A DNA stretch of 64,000 bases from Verrucomicrobiota bacterium (GTDB taxonomy: Bacteria > Verrucomicrobiota > Verrucomicrobiia > Limisphaerales > AAA164-E04): contig CP170459.1 of NCBI GenBank assembly GCA_047947115.1, positions 4,512,001-4,576,000 of the forward strand, read 5' to 3'. Under the pieces are notes generated by a model. It did no database searches. It had not been told where the DNA came from and saw only the letters and a program-made list of their open reading frames with translations. The position numbers and the translations under genes were made by a program. Each line of letters opens with the position of its first letter. The first letter of the stretch is position 1. This document shows, one piece after another, positions 21,407 through 28,731 of the stretch.

Positions 21407-21435
21407 AACCTACATCATGCAGATGTGTTCGACAA
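21407..21435 (-). promoter_or_regulatory. Putative sigma70 promoter for the riboswitch, TTGTCG-N17-TAGGTT
   Basis: 17-bp spacing; predicted +1 falls at the first aptamer base (~21400). Confidence 0.55.
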
Positions 21436-21456
21436 TACTGTTTTGTGTCATAAAAC

Positions 21457-21774
21457 TTAGTCGGACGAGTCTGGTTCGCCAATCAAACACCAGATCCCTT
21501 CTTCCCGTATGGTTTTAAGAACTTCGTCCAGAGCCTCCTGATCGGTATCAAAGGGATCATCCCAGACGGTCGAATTATCGTATTCGTCTTCAACCTCAAG
21601 TATCCATTTGCCTTCTCCGTCTCCGTAAATTTTAACGGAAACAGAGTCGTCGCCAATGCTGATGACTTGGCACAATGGAGAATACACGAGCTCAAAATCG
21701 TCGTCGCCTCCCTCGATTTCAAAAGTTGGTCTGATCATTTTCAATGAATCTAACCAACGGGGCGTTCCAGTCAA
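21457..21774 (-). CDS. Small acidic hypothetical protein
   Basis: 105-aa D/E-rich ORF, WILEVEDE..STVWDDPFDTDQEAL. Start uncertain. Confidence 0.65.
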   Translation of the reverse strand: MTGTPRWLDSLKMIRPTFEIEGGDDDFELVYSPLCQVISIGDDSVSVKIYGDGEGKWILEVEDEYDNSTVWDDPFDTDQEALDEVLKTIREEGIWCLIGEPDSSD

Positions 21775-21844
21775 CTCCGCTCAGAGTTGATCGGATGGCT
21801 GTCGCTGGGTGTATTCCGGCGTCTACTTTTTACCTGTGCGTTTT

Positions 21845-21970
21845 ACTGCAACTGGTTTCCTGCACTGCAGAACAGTAATAAACCTGCCAGTTACTGCAAC
21901 TGCAAACCCTAAAGGGTTTTTGCAGTATGCAGTTAACCTGGCTTTAGCTTTTTCACTGCAACGCTGCAGT
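21845..21970. repeat. Putative replication origin: clustered ACTGCA/TGCAGT iterons around a central palindrome
   Basis: About nine (A)CTGCA/TGCAGT copies in both orientations at the 3' end of the helicase gene, centred on AAACCCT-AA-AGGGTTT. Confidence 0.65.
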
Positions 21971-23005
21971 AGTCCAGATACGAGTCTTAGGTTCCTTGGT
22001 CACTGAACCATCATGCTCAAGCTGCTTGAGCAAATTGTGAAAAGTACGTTCGCTCATTCCTGTCTCTTCTCTGGCAAGCTTGAGCCAGTCCTTTGTTTTG
22101 CAACCTGAAACCGGCAACAACTCAAGCAATTGCTCTGATGAATACTTCTTGCTTGCTCCTGCCTTGGTCTTCAGATCAGAAGGATCGAAGTCAACTCTTG
22201 TACAAACAGGATGACTCCAGCTTATCACGAAGCTTTCAACACTCGGATGATTACGCAGGACCAAGTCCACAGTGAAACAATCCTCTTCCTTGTGCTTGGT
22301 CATTGTCACCAGTGCATCCGGATCTCGAGCAAATACACCACTGCCTGAGAATCGATCCATTTGTTCCTTGCCGGCTTGGTTGCCCTTGGAAAAATGGTGA
22401 GCACTGATGACGGCGGCACCGGTCTGGTTGGCTATGTCATCAATTATGTTCAAAAACTCCGCTATTTCCCCGGCGGCGTTTTCATTCCTACCGGCCATGA
22501 TCTTGTAAAGCGGATCAAGGATAATGGCCCCATACTTCATCGGAGCTGCCCGGCTGCATATGGCTTCTCTGATGGTCGTAATATCGGGATTGTGACCGCG
22601 CAAGCCCCAGTAGTCGATGTTCTCCATTCCACCATCGGGATATTTTGCGACAACACCTTTGATCGATTGATCAATATTGTCCATGCGCTCCATGAAAAAC
22701 GAAGTGAGCAGTTCCATATTGACATACAAAACGCGGCACTTGTTAGTTTTAAAATCCAACCAGCTTCCGCCTGAAGCCAGTGCATGTGCAAGTTGCATCA
22801 GGATCCAAGTCTTGTTGGATTTGGATCCACCGCCAATGATCATTTTGCAACCGGCGTGTAACACCCCATCAATCAATTCCGCGGGCTTCTCGCGATCCTG
22901 CGGATTCAATTGACTGAGGGGTGTTATTTCCGGCAGATCATTGCCTTGCGCCAAGGCAAGATCCAGTGGATCCAGAATTAATTGTTCGGCATCCATCGTT
23001 CGCAT
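21953..23005 (-). CDS. RepA/AAA_25-type replicative helicase with probable C-terminal wHTH
   Basis: GGGSKSNKT, VLYVNME, IILDPLYK, HHFSKG, SGSGVFARDPD. Confidence 0.88.
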   Translation of the reverse strand: MRTMDAEQLILDPLDLALAQGNDLPEITPLSQLNPQDREKPAELIDGVLHAGCKMIIGGGSKSNKTWILMQLAHALASGGSWLDFKTNKCRVLYVNMELLTSFFMERMDNIDQSIKGVVAKYPDGGMENIDYWGLRGHNPDITTIREAICSRAAPMKYGAIILDPLYKIMAGRNENAAGEIAEFLNIIDDIANQTGAAVISAHHFSKGNQAGKEQMDRFSGSGVFARDPDALVTMTKHKEEDCFTVDLVLRNHPSVESFVISWSHPVCTRVDFDPSDLKTKAGASKKYSSEQLLELLPVSGCKTKDWLKLAREETGMSERTFHNLLKQLEHDGSVTKEPKTRIWTTAALQ

Positions 23006-23997
23006 AGGTCTCCATGTTGGCTCCAGTAATCATAAAGGTCGTTCACCCCTTTAAATGGCGACAATTCGTATACCTCCACTGAAGAGCACCCTGCATCAAG
23101 TAACTGTTTTTTCCAGCGGGATGCCGCTCGCCTTCCAGCTTCGTCATCATGTCCGAAGATCCTAATCACTTTGCCCTTGAAAAAAGGAAGCACGGCCTCA
23201 TGTATGAGTGAAGAGCTGCCAAGCATGCCCACGGGTGCACAATTAGGTTCTGGCTGTTCGGTCTGGATGATGTGATGTGCAATCAGGAAATCCGGAATTC
23301 CCTCAACCAAGGCTATGTTCCTGAACTTTGATGCCTCCACAATACCAACGGGCCAGCTTTTCCGACTACCGGGCTCGGCCTTGCTTTTAATTCCTGCTGG
23401 AAATGGCTTGTTGTCCAGCCGCCGTGCCTCAATGACGTTCCCTGTTTTGTCGCATACGTAGTAGCATTCGTTCTTGCACTTAAGAACGCCGCGCTCCGAA
23501 GCCCAGAGCAGTCCCTGCAGACCGTAAGGCCTCTCATGAGCCATTTGCTGCAGAATCTGCCTAGAGGGCTTCAGAAGGCCGCGACCTTGCTCGTATGCCT
23601 CTGCATCCAGAAACATTTTGGGATCCAAGTTAACCGGTTGATCCTTGGTCCTGCGCAAAGGGCGGATCCGCTTTGGTGGGGCAACCTTAGCCAGGGTTCT
23701 GTATATGTCCAACACCTTGGCAAAATCTTTGTGCCGATCGAAACCGTGAACAGTGGCAATGAATTGAAGTTCATCTCCAACAAGTCCTGTTCCGTGGTCT
23801 TTGAACAACCAATTGGTCTCAACTTGATAAATCCCAAAACTTGGATTCTTATCGTCCCTGAAGGGTGAAGAACATGATTTTTTGGCATAATCGCCGAAAT
23901 CCATTGCTTCCATCAGATCTGGGAGTGGAAGCGCTTGTTTGAGTTGTTTAATTTGACTCTGCACCTTGGCAGGAGTTTGAACTTTTAATTGTTTCAT
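22978..23997 (-). CDS. DnaG-like primase (degenerate CHC2 zinc finger + Toprim)
   Basis: SCSSPFRDDKNPSF..FKDHGTG..GD; Toprim LVEGIPD and GHDDEAG. Start trimmed to the ATGA overlap. Confidence 0.82.
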   Translation of the reverse strand: MKQLKVQTPAKVQSQIKQLKQALPLPDLMEAMDFGDYAKKSCSSPFRDDKNPSFGIYQVETNWLFKDHGTGLVGDELQFIATVHGFDRHKDFAKVLDIYRTLAKVAPPKRIRPLRRTKDQPVNLDPKMFLDAEAYEQGRGLLKPSRQILQQMAHERPYGLQGLLWASERGVLKCKNECYYVCDKTGNVIEARRLDNKPFPAGIKSKAEPGSRKSWPVGIVEASKFRNIALVEGIPDFLIAHHIIQTEQPEPNCAPVGMLGSSSLIHEAVLPFFKGKVIRIFGHDDEAGRRAASRWKKQLLDAGCSSVEVYELSPFKGVNDLYDYWSQHGDLCERWMPNN

Positions 23998-24404
23998 AAA
24001 TTTGAGTTGGGAGAGTACACACCCTCCCCAATTGATAAGTTTTCTGTTAATGGTTTGATTTCCACTACCTTGGCCATGGTTTGACCTTCGGCCTCGAAAT
24101 GCGCTACTTTCAGTTGGCATTTCTTTCCCTTGAGCTTCATTAGATCGAACTCGTTGTGAAGTTCCTCTGGACCTACCCATGCAGATAGATCCTTTAGCAG
24201 ATTGCTTTTGGGATGCAGGGTTGCGTTATAGGATTTCCTGATCTGAAGCGTCTCTGATGAGTCTTCAGGGACGATCAACCATGTGAAACGGACGAGGTGC
24301 TTGTTGCCATATTCAGTAGGCACAAAGCCTCTGTCCACGATCTCGGAGCAAATTGCCCGATGCCATCCCTCTTGGGGCAGTTGTCTAAGTAATTTTAACT
24401 TCAT
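23994..24404 (-). CDS. Phage-type ssDNA-binding / replication protein (OB-fold-like)
   Basis: PQEGWHRAIC..VDRG..KSNLLKDLSAW..LKGKKCQLKV; directly upstream of the primase. Confidence 0.6.
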   Translation of the reverse strand: MKLKLLRQLPQEGWHRAICSEIVDRGFVPTEYGNKHLVRFTWLIVPEDSSETLQIRKSYNATLHPKSNLLKDLSAWVGPEELHNEFDLMKLKGKKCQLKVAHFEAEGQTMAKVVEIKPLTENLSIGEGVYSPNSNL

Positions 24405-24506
24405 GATTTTATGGGTGTTCGTGTGCCTAAATGCACAGGAAATTGGTTTGTGACGGAAAATCTCAAGGCACAGATATCCATCCAGACACCCCGAAAAGGG
24501 GGTGCC

Positions 24507-24824
24507 CTACTTGCTAATCTGTTGTGTTGGATTTTTTGTTGGGGGGTGGGGGGTGTTCCTCCTGACGGCTTTGATTTCGAGCAAATTCAAGGCTTGCTTG
24601 ACACTATCTGGGTCGAAGCGAACGCACCTTTTGCCGAGGCGGGTCACCGGAATCTTTTTGGCATCTACCAACTTTTCGAGTTGGCGAATTGAGATTTGAA
24701 GCTGGGCGGCTAGCTGCCGCTTGTTGAGATAGGAATTACCATACCAGGTTGAATTGACAAAGTCGCTGCAATTTGCGCTATTGTTTCCCAATTGTGTGTC
24801 TCGTGCAGGAGTGTTCGTATCCAT
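24507..24824 (-). CDS. Excisionase/AlpA-like HTH protein
   Basis: YLNKRQLAAQLQISIRQLEKLVDAKKIPVTRLGKRCVRF. Confidence 0.8.
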   Translation of the reverse strand: MDTNTPARDTQLGNNSANCSDFVNSTWYGNSYLNKRQLAAQLQISIRQLEKLVDAKKIPVTRLGKRCVRFDPDSVKQALNLLEIKAVRRNTPHPPTKNPTQQISK

Positions 24825-24855
24825 GTGGACAACCTGTCCGACGTTTGAGGAAATG

Positions 24856-25518
24856 TCATCTGGACAATTTTGGATCCAAGTTTGTCCAACTCGCATCTAG
24901 TATAAATTGAAAACCTTTACGGCGAAACCCTCTTATTATTGGCCCTCTAGTTACGTGGTTGTATCGAATTAGCCCCAGTCTCTGAACTGCTTTCCGGTAG
25001 TTTTGCTCATCACACGTATGTCCGCTTATTTTTGAAAGGTGATAGGCTCCATCATCGTCTGTCATCATCCATAAAAACCCATTCACCCAAAACTGTAGAA
25101 TTCCAAACTCGATTTTGAACGTTTTTTTACTAATGCGTCTGGTGTATCTTCGGTGAGCAGTATGGATTTTTTGAAAAAACTCAGAATCCCCATTGAGTGC
25201 CTTCTCTAGGATATGATAAGCGAAGAACTTCAATGCAGCGTCAAGCTGGCCGAGTGAAATTAAACCAAAAAACGCTTCATCTTTTTTCGTGTCACTCTTT
25301 GTTATATCCTTTTGGCTCTTTGAGAGCCCAAAAGCTTTCCGTTGATATGCATGGACCTTTTCTTTCCAATTTTTGTGAACTTTGTCAAAGCCTTCGATTT
25401 TCGTTGTTTTCCTAAAAAAATCTTCTAGCCCGTTATCCAACTGCCATTTTTTACCTAGCTGTTGTCCAACACCTGCCAGTAACTCATCCCACTCGTCTAG
25501 TTGGTATGATTTTTCCAT
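24856..25518 (-). CDS. Hypothetical protein, possible element regulator
   Basis: ATG overlaps the integrase stop (TAATG); lies between integrase and xis-like gene. Confidence 0.6.
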   Translation of the reverse strand: MEKSYQLDEWDELLAGVGQQLGKKWQLDNGLEDFFRKTTKIEGFDKVHKNWKEKVHAYQRKAFGLSKSQKDITKSDTKKDEAFFGLISLGQLDAALKFFAYHILEKALNGDSEFFQKIHTAHRRYTRRISKKTFKIEFGILQFWVNGFLWMMTDDDGAYHLSKISGHTCDEQNYRKAVQRLGLIRYNHVTRGPIIRGFRRKGFQFILDASWTNLDPKLSR

Positions 25519-26711
25519 TAACTTCCTTTTAAGTGACTCAGTTCTCTTCGTAGGTCTAGGACCGAGTTTTGTGGATCTGGTAAACATTCCTTTAATTGAG
25601 GAAAGGCAACTTCTGATCGGATACTCCAGTAGGCTTCGGATTTATCCTTAGTTACCAGTTCCCGGTAATGCTGGTAAAGCATCGCCGTATCAGAGTGCCC
25701 CAGTTCCATGGCGGTTCGTTTTGGGTCATTGAACATCGCATAGTGGTATGAAGCAAAGGAATGGCGGAAGTCGTTCTTCCTTGCCCGTCCGATCCCAAGT
25801 TCTTGCCACGCTGCATTTAATAGTCGTCTCAAGTTTGGAGGCTTCACTTTCCCACTCCGATTGCCTTGGGCAAATAGCCATGATTGGAGGTTCGGTTGGA
25901 TCTCAACCAAGCGTCTTCTTGAGGTTTTGGCATTGGCTGCTTTGATTTCAATGTAGCCGGATTCCAGGTCAACCTCATCCCAGTTTAGCTTATCCAGTTC
26001 GGCGATCCTTAGGCCAGCGAATGCTGCGATAGCCAGGTAGGAATGGATCTTGGGATCCGCAACTGACAACAACTTTCTTAGTTGCTCTGGCGTCAGTATC
26101 TTGATGGGATCTGGTTTGGCTTTGACTTTCTCGATTCTGGAGACTGGGTTCTCAGCAACAAAGCCGTGCTTCAAGGCATGGGTGAAAAGTCCGTTCAGGA
26201 CTGTCCTGAAGTTGTTCATGCTCTGTGCGCTCAGTCCAAGGCTATGAATCCAATGGTCGATCTCCGAAGCTTTGATGGTTGCAGCAATTTTCTTTTGGAA
26301 AGCCTCATTAAATCGGCCTAATCTGTAGCTCAAATCTTTGAGGTATCGTTCACTGTTTTGTTTTCGAGATTTGGTGCCCAGATAATCTGCAATCAGATCG
26401 GAAACAGTGCAGCTGTTCTTGGAGCTTTCCAGGTGGGATAGGTAAAAGTTGACGGCTTCAGAAAGTGTGGCTTTGAAGGGCTTGAGGCGATCATCACATT
26501 GGACTGCTTCAAGACGTAACTGGTCGCTGATTGCGAAGGCTTTGTTGCCGAGGTTTTCAAGTTCGATTAAGATTTGATCCCTGCGAGTATTCGCCTCTTT
26601 TTTGGTTTTGAAGAATTCGCGGGTGCGCTTGCCATCCTTTGGGTAGCCGACGACCCATTTTGAAGTAGGAGAATGCTTGTAAGGTTTGACAGAAACTTTC
26701 GGCGAGCCCAT
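25518..26711 (-). CDS. int: Tyrosine recombinase/integrase
   Basis: AGLRIAEL, AKT, NDFRHSFASY, LGHSD..HY catalytic motifs; adjacent to attR. Confidence 0.95.
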   Translation of the reverse strand: MGSPKVSVKPYKHSPTSKWVVGYPKDGKRTREFFKTKKEANTRRDQILIELENLGNKAFAISDQLRLEAVQCDDRLKPFKATLSEAVNFYLSHLESSKNSCTVSDLIADYLGTKSRKQNSERYLKDLSYRLGRFNEAFQKKIAATIKASEIDHWIHSLGLSAQSMNNFRTVLNGLFTHALKHGFVAENPVSRIEKVKAKPDPIKILTPEQLRKLLSVADPKIHSYLAIAAFAGLRIAELDKLNWDEVDLESGYIEIKAANAKTSRRRLVEIQPNLQSWLFAQGNRSGKVKPPNLRRLLNAAWQELGIGRARKNDFRHSFASYHYAMFNDPKRTAMELGHSDTAMLYQHYRELVTKDKSEAYWSIRSEVAFPQLKECLPDPQNSVLDLRRELSHLKGS

Positions 26712-26740
26712 GCGTTTAAGTTCGCATATGAGCGTTTTTG

Positions 26741-26759
26741 CGTCAATAAAAAGTCAATG
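26741..26759. repeat. Putative integrase arm-type site (right), CGTCAATAAAAAGTCAATG
   Basis: Direct repeat of 4586-4604. Confidence 0.6.
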
Positions 26760-26803
26760 TTTCGGCACTAAGCTTGAGCATTGTGTGTAAGTCGTTGAAG
26801 GAG

Positions 26804-26852
26804 TGGAGCCAGCTGTCGGGGTCGAACCGACGACCGACGGTTTTCAAAACCG
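26804..26852 (-). other. tRNA-Thr-like 3' fragment and attR core (CGGTTTTCAAAACCG, 26838-26852); not a complete tRNA
   Basis: Minus strand ACCGT-CGGTC-GTCGG-TTCGACC-CCGAC-AGCTGGC-T-CCA = variable loop, T-arm, 3' acceptor strand and CCA. Confidence 0.88.
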
Positions 26853-28440
26853 ATGCCGCGAATTGCTCGATCTTTTGTTTTCTGACATCAAGCGTCATGG
26901 AGGCCAGGCCGCACAATTGGTTCAAGAACTTTCACAGATTGTGAACCCGGACCAATGGCCACTGACCATGGTTGATGTGGATGAAACCATGTGGAGTTCC
27001 CATCCGAAAACAAGTGGTTCCCACCGTGGCCCCTGGTATCGACTGTCCGTCAATGAAACCAGACTTGCCAGCAGCTACCGCAGAAATATTCCGACCCCCG
27101 ATCATGAAGGATTTCAGCAACGTATCATCGAGTATATGTTCAACACGCGGCCAGACGGAAGTTTTCGAGTCAACGATGCGATCGAGGATGGTTATGGTTA
27201 CGGATATCTATCTCAAGAAGCTTCGGCATCGGGCATTCCGAACCGTCCCGACATATCCTATGCAGGAGAACCCGGCTTTCCGGTTGACGGTTTGGCTTTT
27301 AACAGCAGCACCTTCGTCAACCCGAGAGATCCTAGCGGATTTGCCCGGATGGAATGGAGAATAGGAGAAGTGTCCAATCCGGAAACCGAAAACTACGTCC
27401 CCGGCACACCCTGGATTTATGAGATCGAACCTCTCTGGCACAGCGATCCCATGACAACTTTTTCAGAGACTATGGCCATCCCGCCGGACCAGCTCAAACC
27501 GGGACACACTTACCGCGCGAGAGTGCGACACGTCAACACAGAGGGGCATGCCAGTCATTGGTCACTACCATTGGAATTTGTCGCCTCGGCACCGGATTTG
27601 ACCTTGTTTCGGAACGGATTGGTCATCAGTGAAATCATGTATCACCCAGCTGGGGATTCCACGGCCGAATACATTGAACTTCACAATATCGGCGAAGCCA
27701 CTCTCTCCCTGAGTGGCTTCCGTTTCACGAAGGGAATCGATTTCGATTTCCCCGATGACACTGAAATAGAGCCAGGAGGATACCTGTTGATCACAGGCGA
27801 CCGGCAAGCCTTTGAAAGAGTGTATGGGCCAAACCTACCCATAGTCGGGGAATGGGAACAAGGGGACCGGTTGAGCAACGCCGGAGAAAACATCAAGCTC
27901 TCCTACGGGGCAGGCATCCCCATCATCGACTTCACGTATGAAACAGAAGCCCCCTGGCCAACCGCTCCCGACGGAAAGGGTTCATCTCTGCAACTTGCCA
28001 ACCTCCGTTCTGGCTTGGATCACACCAATCCCGCGCAATGGAAAGCAAGCATTCAACCAGGAGGCACGCCGGGCAAAAGCAATGGTAACTCTCTTGAAGA
28101 TTGGCTGACGTCTTATGGGATTATCGAATCCAATCTCGAAGAAGATCCGGACAATGACGGTCTGCCTTCGTTACTGGAATATAGTCTGGGAAGCAACCCA
28201 AACGTTGCCGATGTTTCATCCATCATGACCATCACATACACCGAGGCAAATGTCACGCTAGCCACCCGAGTTGATCTCGGAGCCACCGATGTGGAGGTGT
28301 CTGCACAATTTTCCACCAACCTGAAAGCCTGGGAAACAATCAATAGCCCGGCCATCAATCCCACCAGTCCGACCGAACTGAAATGGACCGCCCCAACCCA
28401 CCCGAAGGGATTCTTCCGCCTTCAAGCCACTCGACGTTAA
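26844..28440 (+). pseudogene. C-terminal half of the interrupted CotH/lamin-tail protein
   Basis: FQNRCRELLDLLF continues in frame from IRIG; second LTD (LVISEIMYHP..EYIELHN); DPDNDG..LEY..GSNP tail. Confidence 0.88.
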
Positions 28441-28731
28441 CGGTCCGAATGATCAGGAAATCATCACATTTCTTTTCACTTCCGCCAACACCCGGTTGTT
28501 CTTTGGCCAGATCAAACGGATGGCAACAATCATTGCGCTTACACGATGGAAACACCTGGCACTTCCCCCTTGCATTTTTAAGTCTGGAAATCTTTTCTGG
28601 GAAGTTCAGAAAGGTCTTGAGCCCCAAGGTCTGACCTAAATATTGATTGAATCCTGTCTTCCATGCTCAAACCTAAGCGGGGTGTAACCGAGTTGATGAC
28701 TCGGTCGTCTACTTCAGGAAAATCAGACACC

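Larger units (their letters stand above)
4438..26843 (-). mobile_element. Integrative phage-satellite-like element (~22.4 kb) carrying type I-E CRISPR-Cas
   Basis: Flanked by 15-bp near-identical direct repeats. Integrase at one end, then HTH-SSB-primase-helicase-ori. All genes co-oriented. Splits a host gene. No capsid, tail or conjugation genes seen. Confidence 0.92.

Noticed and set aside
23998..24180. N-terminal extension of the 400-aa primase ORF; similar extensions on cas5, cas8e, rfbD and the 455-aa GT
   Set aside because: They overlap the upstream gene in another frame; internal ATGs with coupled overlaps are more plausible.
26803..26843. GTG start giving an independent 545-aa protein (MEPAVGVEPTTDG..)
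   Set aside because: This N-terminus is the antisense tRNA fragment, and the AAGGA abuts the GTG with no spacing. Expression is unsupported, though not excluded.
4438..26843. CRISPR-associated transposon (CAST) or full prophage
   Set aside because: No tnsABC/tniQ, cas3 is intact, and there are no structural phage genes.
26804..26852. Complete tRNA gene
   Set aside because: The 5' acceptor strand and D-arm are missing; this is an att fragment.
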